Shown here: in pieces, positions 36,396 through 45,016 of the stretch
How positions within the stretch are numbered: position 1 is the stretch's first letter
Layout of the letters: the number at the start of each line of letters is the position of its first letter
Source of the DNA: an uncultured Desulfovibrionales bacterium
GTDB taxonomy: Bacteria; Desulfobacterota; Desulfovibrionia; Desulfovibrionales; Desulfonatronovibrionaceae
NCBI GenBank assembly: GCA_964614055.1
Contig: CAZTKE010000001.1
Coordinates: forward strand, 6,349-70,348
DNA length: 64,000 nt
Reading direction: 5' to 3'
The notes under the pieces: generated by a model
Told to the model about the DNA's origin: nothing
Seen by the model: only the letters and a program-made list of their open reading frames with translations
Database searches by the model: none
Program-made: the position numbers and the translations under genes

Positions 36396-37271
36396 ATGCG
36401 CATAGGAGTTGTCGGGACCATCGGCGGATGGTCCTCGGAAAAACTGGCGGACGCGGTGCAAGACCTCACCGGATACCGGCTTTTAGTGGATATGGATCGG
36501 TTTTCCCTTGATCTCGATTCTAAAAAGGCCTTTTTTAAGGACATGGACCTGAGCCGGCTGGATGCCCTGATCATAAAGAAAGTCGGATCCAAATACTCCT
36601 CCAGTCTGCTGGATCGTCTGGAGTGCCTGCGTTTTTTGCACGAATCCGGCCTGCCCGTATTTTCCGCGCCGGGCAGCATAATGCGGGTTCTAAACAGACT
36701 CAGCTGCACGACAACCATGCGCCTGGCCGGCATTCCCATGCCGGAAACTACTGTTACCGAGGACATAGACACAGCCCTAAAGGCGGTGGAAAAATACGGC
36801 CAGGCCGTATTTAAGCCCCTGTATTCCACCAAGGCCCGGGGTATGGCTTTGATACAGGCGGGGCGGGGAGCCCGGGAAAAAATAGCGGATTTTAACAGAA
36901 ATAATTCGATAATGTATATCCAGAAAAAGATTGAACTAAACGGCAGGGATCTGGGACTGGCTTTTCTGGGCGGCAAATACCTGGCCACCTACTCCCGCTT
37001 AAAACAGAATTCCTCCTGGAACACGAGCACGGTAAACGGCGGCAAATACGCCTTCTGCGAACCAAGCCGGGAGAGCATTGACGTGGCGGAAAAAGCCCAG
37101 TCGCTGTTTTCCCTGGATTTTACATGTGTGGACGTTGCACAGACCGCAAGCGGCCCGGTTGTATTTGAAGTCTCCGCCTTCGGTGGTTTCAAGGGAATTC
37201 AGGAAGCCTGCGGACTGGACGCGGCAAAATTGTATGTCCAGTATGTACTAAAAAAACTGCACTCGGGCTGA
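36396..37271 (+). CDS. RimK-like ATP-grasp ligase
   Basis: 291 aa. Layout and blocks (VFKPLYSTKARGM, MYIQKKIE, DFTCVDVA..GPVVFEVSAFGGFKG) resemble the RimK/GshB-type ATP-grasp. Confidence 0.7.
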   Translation: MRIGVVGTIGGWSSEKLADAVQDLTGYRLLVDMDRFSLDLDSKKAFFKDMDLSRLDALIIKKVGSKYSSSLLDRLECLRFLHESGLPVFSAPGSIMRVLNRLSCTTTMRLAGIPMPETTVTEDIDTALKAVEKYGQAVFKPLYSTKARGMALIQAGRGAREKIADFNRNNSIMYIQKKIELNGRDLGLAFLGGKYLATYSRLKQNSSWNTSTVNGGKYAFCEPSRESIDVAEKAQSLFSLDFTCVDVAQTASGPVVFEVSAFGGFKGIQEACGLDAAKLYVQYVLKKLHSG

Positions 37272-37276
37272 ATCTT

Positions 37277-38473
37277 ATGTGCGCAAATATATGGATGAAC
37301 CGGGAAATCCGGATCCCGGACGGATATAAACTGGCCCGGTTCAAGGGCTCGCCCGAGCTTGGCCCGAAAATCCTTTTTTTCAGCGGCGGTTCCGCACTGA
37401 AAGGCGTCAGCCAAAAAATCACCGCCTACACCCACAACTCCGTACACATAATTACTCCCTTTGATTCCGGCGGGAGTTCTGCGGTTCTGCGCAAGGCATT
37501 CGATATGCCCGCTGTCGGGGATATCCGCAACAGACTTTTGGCTCTGGCGGACAAAACCATGACCGGAAACCCGGAAATTTTCGCTCTGCTTGGGCACAGA
37601 CTGCCGGCCGATGAAAACCAGGAAGAACTCAGGCGGACACTCCGGGATATGGTCCGGGGCAAACACGGTTTAGTTCGTTCCGTTCCCGAGCCAATGCAGA
37701 AAATAATCCGGCATTATCTGGAAATTTTCTCTGAAAACATGCCTGCAGATTTTGACCTGCGCGGGGCAAGCATCGGCAATCTCGTCCTTACCGGGGGATA
37801 CCTGGAAAACAAAAGGAACCCGGATTCGATCATCTATATCTTTTCCCAATTGGTGAAAGCAAAAGGCACGGTTCGCCCGGTGGTTAACCGCAGCCTGCAC
37901 CTGGGAGCGCGCTTGGAAGACGGGGAAATCGTTAGCGGACAACACAGAATAACCGGCAAGCAAACCCCCAAAATCAGTCAGCAGATAAAGGACATATTCC
38001 TGGTGCGGGATCTGAACAGCAAACAGCCTGTAAAAGCCGATATCCGAGAAGAAATAGCCCTGGAAATAAGCCGGGCGGATCTGATTTGTTATCCGATGGG
38101 CAGTTTTTTCACCAGCATCCTGGCTAATCTGCTCCCCTCAGGAGTAGGCCGGGCCATAAAAAATGCGCGCTGCCCCAAAATATTTATCCCCAATACCTTT
38201 TTTGACCCGGAATGCTATGCGCTGCCCCCGGCAAATCAGATAGATCGCCTTTTGGAGATTTTGGGCCGCGACTGCCCCGGGTCCGGCCAAAAAACCGATT
38301 TTTTGGATTTAATTCTTCTAAACCGGGACTATTCCCTGTACCCGGGCGGGGTAGACAGGGAAAAGATCTCCGGCTTGGGATCAAGAATCCTGGAATACGA
38401 TCTGGTCACCGAACAATCTAAACCGGGGATTGATCCGGAAAGACTCTGCGAAGTACTGCTTTCCCTGTGCTAA
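37277..38473 (+). CDS. CofD/YvcK-like (2-phospho-L-lactate transferase family) protein
   Basis: FFSGGSALKG, FDSGGSSAVLRK, VGDIRNRLLAL, IGNLVLTG and YPMGSFFTSILANLLP match the CofD/YvcK signature blocks in order. Confidence 0.75.
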   Translation: MCANIWMNREIRIPDGYKLARFKGSPELGPKILFFSGGSALKGVSQKITAYTHNSVHIITPFDSGGSSAVLRKAFDMPAVGDIRNRLLALADKTMTGNPEIFALLGHRLPADENQEELRRTLRDMVRGKHGLVRSVPEPMQKIIRHYLEIFSENMPADFDLRGASIGNLVLTGGYLENKRNPDSIIYIFSQLVKAKGTVRPVVNRSLHLGARLEDGEIVSGQHRITGKQTPKISQQIKDIFLVRDLNSKQPVKADIREEIALEISRADLICYPMGSFFTSILANLLPSGVGRAIKNARCPKIFIPNTFFDPECYALPPANQIDRLLEILGRDCPGSGQKTDFLDLILLNRDYSLYPGGVDREKISGLGSRILEYDLVTEQSKPGIDPERLCEVLLSLC

Positions 38474-38538
38474 ACTATCCCGGAACCTAAAATCGCACCG
38501 GGAAAACAAAAATTGCGGACATTGAGGAGCAACCGTTC

Positions 38539-39420
38539 ATGCGGGACCAGAAAAAGGCTTATATATTTGGACTTCTCACCGTTTTAATCTGGTCAACGGT
38601 GGCCTCGGCCTTCAAGATAAGCCTGAGGTACCTGGATGTGGTCCAGCTGCTCTTCTACTCCAGCCTGACCTCCCTATTCTGTCTTTTTATCCTGGCTGTC
38701 TTCTTTCACGGCCCTCGCTTTACCCGCCTCTTTTCCCGCGAGGACATTATGCGCTCGGCCTTCCTGGGACTTCTCAATCCCTTTATGTATTATCTGGTCC
38801 TGTTCAAGGCCTACGACCTTTTGCCCGCCCAAGAGGCCCAGCCGCTCAACTATACCTGGGGCATAACCATCACCATTCTTGCAGTCCCTCTTCTGGGCCA
38901 GAAAATAACCGGGAAAAGATTCGCGGCCATTGTAATCAGCTACCTGGGTGTTGTTGTCATTTCCACGCACGGCACTCCATGGGACATGAATTTTTCTGAC
39001 CCATGGGGCGTTTTTTTGGCCCTTTTCAGTACCATAATCTGGGCTCTTTACTGGATCGCCAATACCAGGGACAACCTGCCGGCCATTTTGCGCCTGCTTT
39101 TGAATTTTCTGGCGGGAACTGTCTATCTGGGCATTCTTTTACCTTTTGTCTCCACTCCGCTTATTTTCTCCTTCAAGGGACTTGCCGGGGCAATTTACGT
39201 GGGACTTTTTGAGATGGGCATCACTTTTGTCTTCTGGCTGCAGGCCCTTAAATATTCGAAAACCACGGCCCAGGTGAGCAATCTTATTTATCTCTCCCCG
39301 TTTCTGTCCCTTGTATTCATCCACTACCTGGTCGGGGAAAAAATCCTGCCCTCCACCCTAGTCGGCCTGGTTTTGATCCTGTCCGGGCTGATCATGCAAA
39401 ACAGGGTGAAAAACACTTAA
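38539..39420 (+). CDS. EamA/DMT family permease
   Basis: 10-TM protein with duplicated EamA halves. It lies 65 nt downstream of the cassette on the same strand. Confidence 0.8.
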   Translation: MRDQKKAYIFGLLTVLIWSTVASAFKISLRYLDVVQLLFYSSLTSLFCLFILAVFFHGPRFTRLFSREDIMRSAFLGLLNPFMYYLVLFKAYDLLPAQEAQPLNYTWGITITILAVPLLGQKITGKRFAAIVISYLGVVVISTHGTPWDMNFSDPWGVFLALFSTIIWALYWIANTRDNLPAILRLLLNFLAGTVYLGILLPFVSTPLIFSFKGLAGAIYVGLFEMGITFVFWLQALKYSKTTAQVSNLIYLSPFLSLVFIHYLVGEKILPSTLVGLVLILSGLIMQNRVKNT

Positions 39421-39553
39421 GCCGGGGCATGGATTTATAAAAAACGCCTTTCTTGTAAAAAAGAAAAATAATCCATATACTTTCACCTATCCTGGTAATT
39501 TGGATCCGAGGATTTAAAACCATGCACAGCAAAGCAAGCCGAAAGGGATTTCA

Positions 39554-40345
39554 ATGGACGCGAATGTAGTGGAAAGACTGATAAAAGCCTTGGAAAACGT
39601 GGCCCGGGGAACATACTCAAACGACGTAATGGAATTCACCAAACCCGATTATGCTCCGAGCGTCCGCCGCGTTGCCGAGGCCATGGGCATGATGATGGTC
39701 AAGGTGGAAGCCAGGGAAATGCGCCTGGAGGAACTGGTGGCCGACCTGCGGCAGGCCAACCAGCAATTGCGGGAAAACATCCTGGACACGGTATCCACCA
39801 TGGCCAACGCCCTGGAGGCCAGGGACGAATACACCCGGGGACACTCGCACCGGGTCTCCAATTACTGCAACCGGCTGGCCTGCAGGATAAATCTGCCCGC
39901 ACAGGAAGTAACCAATGTCAAACTGGGAGGGATGCTCCACGACATCGGCAAAATAGGATTCAGCGACTCTTTATTCGCGAACGGGGAAACAAGTCCGGAC
40001 GAGAAGATGCGGGCAGAAATCGTCCAGCACCCCCTTATCGGGGAAAGGATACTCAAGGACCTGCATTTCCTGGGACCGATACTCAAATATGTCCGTTATC
40101 ACCACGAACGGGTGGACGGACAGGGCTATCCTTACGGACTTTATGGTCCGCAAATACCGCTGGGAGCGAAGATCATAAGCGTGGCCGACTGCTTTGACGC
40201 CATTACTTCCAACAGACCGTATCAGAATAAGCGCTCACCAAGCGAGGCGTTCAAAACCATGCGCGGTCTGGCCGGATACGCCCTGGAAAAAGACCTGGTC
40301 CACGAATTCATCGTTGAAATCCAGGATAATGGCATGGAGGACTGA
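39554..40345 (+). CDS. HD-GYP domain c-di-GMP phosphodiesterase-type protein
   Basis: HSHRV, GGMLHDIGKIG and HHERVDGQGYPYGL. Confidence 0.88.
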   Translation: MDANVVERLIKALENVARGTYSNDVMEFTKPDYAPSVRRVAEAMGMMMVKVEAREMRLEELVADLRQANQQLRENILDTVSTMANALEARDEYTRGHSHRVSNYCNRLACRINLPAQEVTNVKLGGMLHDIGKIGFSDSLFANGETSPDEKMRAEIVQHPLIGERILKDLHFLGPILKYVRYHHERVDGQGYPYGLYGPQIPLGAKIISVADCFDAITSNRPYQNKRSPSEAFKTMRGLAGYALEKDLVHEFIVEIQDNGMED

Positions 40346-40409
40346 GCTGGGTAAAATTTTCTCTGCACATGCGCGCAAGCAGGCCATTTTGCCCGGAATG
40401 CACCAATCG

Positions 40410-41453
40410 TCAAAGGCTATACTGCGTCTTTTTATTGTATCTGGGCTGACCATAGACCTTTTCATAAAATCGGTCCATGTTGACCTGGGGACCTATGGCT
40501 ATCAGGATATCCCCGGCGTGGACCAGCTCCAGCGATGAAGGATTGTATATCCGCGTTCCGTCGGCCCGTTTTATGGCTACAACGATCAAATCGAATTCGT
40601 CCCGGATATTGGAATCCATAAGCGATTGTTCCACAAATGAAGAATCCTCCGGGATATGCAGTTCTTCCAGGGCCAATTCCACTCCCTCCCCGGAAAGAGC
40701 CAACTCCAGAAAATCGGTAATCGTCGGGCGGAGGATATTCTGGGTTATGCGCATCGCGGCGCTGGCATATGGGGAGACAACATGGTCGGCTCCGGCCCGG
40801 AACAATTTTTTTTCCACCCCCTTGCTGCTGGCGCGGGCGCAGATAAAAAGATCGGGATTCAAAGCCCGTGCGGTAAGAACTATAAAGACATTGTCCGCAT
40901 CCCGATTAACCACTGAGATAAGTCCCTTGGCCCTCTCTACTCCGGCCTGGAGCAGATTTTCCTCTTCCATGGCGTCGTCCCGCAAATGGTGCAGACCGGC
41001 TTCCCGGCAATGGTCTATGGCGTCCTCGTCATTATCGATAACCACCAGGGGCAATCCCTTGCAGGAAAGCTCCGAGGCCACAATCTGGCCCATTTGTCCA
41101 TGGCCGCAGATAATATAATGATCCTTAAAAGCCTCAAGTTCCTTTTGCACTTTTCGCCTCCGATAAAGTTCAAGCCAGTTGCCGTCCATGAATATGCTTC
41201 CGATATACGCGGCCGTAGCCGCTATTAGCCCGAAACCGGCCAAAAGAAGGATAATGGTAAAAAAGCGGCCCCAGTGGGAGAGTTCAAACGGGGCCACGGT
41301 AGTCAGGGCGCCTATGGTCAAGTACAGGGCCTCTATCGCTGGCTGATCCTCCAGGAACATGTACCCGAGCGTGCCCAGCAAAAAAAGAAAGATAAGGGAC
41401 AAAAGAAGGAGTCCCAGATAGCGGTTTTTATAAAAAAATAATGGATGCTTCAC
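40410..41453 (-). CDS. 2-TM ion channel with RCK (TrkA-N/TrkA-C) gating domains and a non-canonical pore signature
   Basis: The pore helix/filter region is ALYLTIGALTTVAPFE, where TVGYGD would be expected. Rossmann ICGHGQMG. TrkA-C-like tail. Confidence 0.75.
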   Translation of the reverse strand: MKHPLFFYKNRYLGLLLLSLIFLFLLGTLGYMFLEDQPAIEALYLTIGALTTVAPFELSHWGRFFTIILLLAGFGLIAATAAYIGSIFMDGNWLELYRRRKVQKELEAFKDHYIICGHGQMGQIVASELSCKGLPLVVIDNDEDAIDHCREAGLHHLRDDAMEEENLLQAGVERAKGLISVVNRDADNVFIVLTARALNPDLFICARASSKGVEKKLFRAGADHVVSPYASAAMRITQNILRPTITDFLELALSGEGVELALEELHIPEDSSFVEQSLMDSNIRDEFDLIVVAIKRADGTRIYNPSSLELVHAGDILIAIGPQVNMDRFYEKVYGQPRYNKKTQYSL

Positions 41454-41523
41454 ATCAAACCCGGCGGTTAAATATAATAAAGGCGGCCGATATCTTTCTT
41501 TCTTCGGCGGGAGCCGAACTCAT

Positions 41524-42069
41524 TCATTGCTGCGCGGTGTATATTCCCTGGGCCTGCAGATACTCCCGGATCCTTTCCAGGACTCCTATAAACAGTTTTG
41601 TCCCGGCATGCACGCAAAAGATATCGTCCTTTTTTCCGCAGACCGCGGCAAATTCCGGACCAATAACCGCAGCCGGACTGTAATTTTCTCCGGTCCGATT
41701 CAGGGCCCGAACATAAGTATTGAATCTTTCCTTGATTATCTGAAAATAATCCAGCTCCTGACCGATCAAAAGCCCGGTACCCTGGGAGAGACTCGCGCAT
41801 AGATCCCTTATCGCTTCCCAGTAGGCGGAGGAAAGAAACTCTCTTGTCTCCCGATCCTGAATATAATAGGCAAAGCCCCAGCCAACACTTATAAATTTGA
41901 GTATCTGCAGCTCATATTCCACATTGTCCGGGCTTATTTCACAATCCTGGGGAATCCCGGAGGCGATAAGCTTTATATCCTCACGCTCCGTTGCGTAATT
42001 AAACAGATCCTCACCTACCCGGATCAGTATATCCTCCCGGCTCTCTTTTGTCTCCTGGCTCATAGGCAT
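41524..42069 (-). CDS. Hypothetical protein (181 aa)
   Basis: Clean ORF with protein-like composition between two annotated genes. I recognise no motif. Confidence 0.5.
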   Translation of the reverse strand: MPMSQETKESREDILIRVGEDLFNYATEREDIKLIASGIPQDCEISPDNVEYELQILKFISVGWGFAYYIQDRETREFLSSAYWEAIRDLCASLSQGTGLLIGQELDYFQIIKERFNTYVRALNRTGENYSPAAVIGPEFAAVCGKKDDIFCVHAGTKLFIGVLERIREYLQAQGIYTAQQ

Positions 42070-42170
42070 CCACCTGAAAGTCTGTTTTTAATTTTTCTCA
42101 AATCAAGGATTTACGCCGCCATTATTGTATTCGGGGTTGCGGGATATACTTATAAATAGATCCCGTACAT

Positions 42171-42563
42171 TTAAAAACGACGATAATGGATATCCCTGTT
42201 TCTTATCCACTCTTCCAGCTTTTCCCGGACAAATTTTCTGATCACCCGGCGTGAGGGTTTAAAAAGAAGCAAAAGCCCGAAGAAGTCGGTCACAAACCCC
42301 GGAGTGAGCAAGACCAGGCCTGCCACCAGAATAAGCAGGGCGTCCAGGATATCGTCCCCGGGCATAATCCCCTGATCCATGTTCGCCCGGACCCGGAGCA
42401 TGGCCTGCGCCCCTTCCGACCTGGCCAAATAAGCCCCGACAATTGCGGTGAATATAACCAAAATAATGGTGTATCCAGCTCCCAGAACCGACCCCACCTT
42501 TATCAGTACATAAATCTCCACCAAAGGAACCAATAAAAACAATAGTAGCAATCTAGCAAACAT
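42171..42563 (-). CDS. fxsA: FxsA family membrane protein
   Basis: MFARLLLLFLLVPLVEIYVLIKVG...LLLTPGFVTD is typical of FxsA. The start lies 4 nt after the MATE stop. The ORF extends to 42626. Confidence 0.8.
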   Translation of the reverse strand: MFARLLLLFLLVPLVEIYVLIKVGSVLGAGYTIILVIFTAIVGAYLARSEGAQAMLRVRANMDQGIMPGDDILDALLILVAGLVLLTPGFVTDFFGLLLLFKPSRRVIRKFVREKLEEWIRNRDIHYRRF

Positions 42564-42567
42564 AATC

Positions 42568-43995
42568 TCACGCCCTCGCTTTTTTACGCATGGCGAATTT
42601 AGTCCAGTCCTTGAACTGATACACATAAATCATAAACGCGGCCTGGATAACCATGGAAATAAACATGGCCATCCATATCCCGTCCGCTTCGCGGATTACC
42701 AAATGTCCCAGTATGTAGGCCAGGGGAATGCGCACAAGCCAGGCGGACCCGCCCATGACCAGCATCTGGTAAAAGGTCGCTCCCGCTCCCATCAAGGCCC
42801 CGCCCAGAATCATGGCCGGGAGCAAGAAAGGTATGGCCGCCATGTTGTATTTCAGATAATCCACGGTTTCCATCTGCACTTGCGGGTCCGGGGCGATAAA
42901 AGCGGCTATGGGCTCGACTACCAGCCACAAAAGCAAAGTCACCAGACTGACCATAACCAGGCCGGAGAACATGATCTGATAGCCGGCCCTGCGCGCCCCG
43001 GCGGCATCCCCTTCCCCCAGCTTGTGCCCGACAATGATCGAGGCCGTGAAATTAAAGGCGGCCCCGGGCAAAAACAAGAGAGATTCCACTCTGATACCCG
43101 CGCTCATTCCGGCCAGGGCGACCACGCTGCCCACCGGCAGAGCCGCGGTCAGGGCATACAAGGCCAGATAGGCCGAATGCCATACCAGCTGACTCAGTCC
43201 TGCCGGCCAGGCCACTTTGAACAGATACGGCCAGGCCCTCTTTATCCATCTAAAGGGCGGAAAGCTGCATTTCTGCAAAAAGCCGGTTCGCCTGAGAGCC
43301 CAGAGGTTAAAAAGCATCCCGCAGGCCACGGAGGCAAAAGTGCTCCAGGCCAGTCCCTTATAGCCTATCCTGGGCAGACCGAACCATCCCAGGCCCAGAC
43401 CGAAATCTCCCGCGGTATTCACGGTCATGACAATAAGCATGGCAAAAAGCGGGCACATGACCTTTTTCTGGGCCCGGAAAAAGGCGTTGCAGATGATGAA
43501 TATATAATAAGCCGGAACTATATAGATAAAAACCTTAAACAGATACCTGGCTATGGAAAATATTTCCTCCGGGATCTGCAGGAACTGCAGAAAAAAATCC
43601 CCGAAAAGAATACCCACGGTCAGAAAGACGATCCCGAAAAGAACGCCCACTTCCAGCCCCAGCCCTATATAACGCTTGGCCCGGAGAATCAGCCCCGCTC
43701 CCAGGGACTGGCTTATGGCGGCAATACTGCCGTTGCCCAGGGCCACCGCCACCATAAGAAAAAAGAAAAGGGCGTGGGTTATCATGCCCATGCAGGCCTG
43801 AACATCCTTGCCCAGTCTACCGGCCACCAGGACGTCCACGAACCCGATCAAGAAATGAAAGAGCATCATCAGGACCTGGGGCCAGGTAAGTTTCCAGATG
43901 GACCACAGCGAGGTCCCTTTGCTTCCGGGCGCGGCCGAGGCCTCCGGCACGGGGGCCTTGGAAGCGGAACGGAAAAAAAGACGGGATTTAGCCAT
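42568..43995 (-). CDS. MATE family efflux transporter
   Basis: 12-TM protein with a MATE-like N-terminus (WPQVLMMLFHFLIGFVDVLVAGRLG). The start is uncertain (43995 or 44025). It overlaps the upstream gene's end. Confidence 0.8.
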   Translation of the reverse strand: MAKSRLFFRSASKAPVPEASAAPGSKGTSLWSIWKLTWPQVLMMLFHFLIGFVDVLVAGRLGKDVQACMGMITHALFFFLMVAVALGNGSIAAISQSLGAGLILRAKRYIGLGLEVGVLFGIVFLTVGILFGDFFLQFLQIPEEIFSIARYLFKVFIYIVPAYYIFIICNAFFRAQKKVMCPLFAMLIVMTVNTAGDFGLGLGWFGLPRIGYKGLAWSTFASVACGMLFNLWALRRTGFLQKCSFPPFRWIKRAWPYLFKVAWPAGLSQLVWHSAYLALYALTAALPVGSVVALAGMSAGIRVESLLFLPGAAFNFTASIIVGHKLGEGDAAGARRAGYQIMFSGLVMVSLVTLLLWLVVEPIAAFIAPDPQVQMETVDYLKYNMAAIPFLLPAMILGGALMGAGATFYQMLVMGGSAWLVRIPLAYILGHLVIREADGIWMAMFISMVIQAAFMIYVYQFKDWTKFAMRKKARA

Positions 43996-44962
43996 CCCCA
44001 CGCACCAGTTTGGCGAATTCGGCATCCATAAGTTTTTCCACTTCCAGGGGCGCTCCCCTGTCCGGGGCTTTTTCCAGACACAAGGCGCCCTGGGGACAAT
44101 TATTCACGCACACCCCGCAACCCATACATTTCTCTTCATCAACCACGGCCGTACCATCTTCTACTATTATGGCCTCAAACTGACAGTTGCGCATGCAAAG
44201 ACCGCACCCGATGCACAAATCCTGATCCGTGCGGCAGACATAACCGGAGGAAGCCAGCATGGGCACCCCGTTTCTCTGGGCCTGCATGGCCCCGCAGCAG
44301 CAGGAGCAGCAATTGCATATGGCGTAGAAACGGCCCAGCATGGCCTCCTTGAAAAAGGCATGGTGTACGTGTCCGCGTTTGTCCTCGGACCGGAGTATAT
44401 CCAGGGCCTCCTGGTAAGTAATCCATTTGGCCCGGCCGGGATGGTGCTCGACAATAAAATTGGCAAACGGCTCGCCTATGATCAGGCAGACATCCAGTGG
44501 ATAACACGGGTTTTTGCGGGCGGAGCGGCAGGGACAGCGCAAAACCGCGATCGACCGGGGATTCTTGAGCACTATATCCCGGGCGGTTGTGTATGGAATA
44601 ATCTTTTCCATATCCCGTATATCAATATCCCGATCCATGCGGATAAGCTGCTCCGCCCCGTCCAGAGGAACTACCTTGCCGTGGTAACTGTCCGCAAAGG
44701 ACTTTTTGGCCCGATCCTTTTTTTGGGAAAAGTCCTTGTCCCACAGGCAAAGCCTGCGGCCCAGCCAGTCGAAAAAAGGATTCAGGAATTTGGCCAGGCG
44801 ATGTTCCCCGGAGGCCATGGATATATAGAAATACGGCCAGCGGCCGTAAACATAAGCATGCAGCCTCTCCGCAAAGGGCAAGTTCTCTTTTTCCGCCTCC
44901 CGCCAAAACGCGCGGGTGGACGGCCGGAAAAACCTTTCCCGGAGTCTAAAAAAATCGGGCAT
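43988..44962 (-). CDS. Fe-S protein with a C-terminal 2x[4Fe-4S] ferredoxin domain and a CNCCSCCC motif
   Basis: CIGCGLCMRNC and CMGCGVCVNNCP, preceded by LRCPCRS and ICNCCSCCCG cysteine clusters. Confidence 0.7.
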   Translation of the reverse strand: MPDFFRLRERFFRPSTRAFWREAEKENLPFAERLHAYVYGRWPYFYISMASGEHRLAKFLNPFFDWLGRRLCLWDKDFSQKKDRAKKSFADSYHGKVVPLDGAEQLIRMDRDIDIRDMEKIIPYTTARDIVLKNPRSIAVLRCPCRSARKNPCYPLDVCLIIGEPFANFIVEHHPGRAKWITYQEALDILRSEDKRGHVHHAFFKEAMLGRFYAICNCCSCCCGAMQAQRNGVPMLASSGYVCRTDQDLCIGCGLCMRNCQFEAIIVEDGTAVVDEEKCMGCGVCVNNCPQGALCLEKAPDRGAPLEVEKLMDAEFAKLVRGDG

Positions 44963-45016
44963 TTCCCATATTCTCCCGTATTCAGCTGATTTAAACCAGG
45001 GTATAACGGCCGGAGT

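Noticed and set aside
42703-44989. Long plus-strand ORFs (42703..44031, 43898..44989) antisense to the MATE and Fe-S genes. Similar shadow ORFs occur at 3597..4541, 18932..20119, 27238..28227, 47907..49145, 13099..13845 and 17541..18365.
   Set aside because: Their translations are Gly/Pro/Arg/His-rich and low-complexity with no motifs. The opposite strand encodes proteins with clear family signatures. These are typical antisense shadow ORFs in GC-biased coding sequence.
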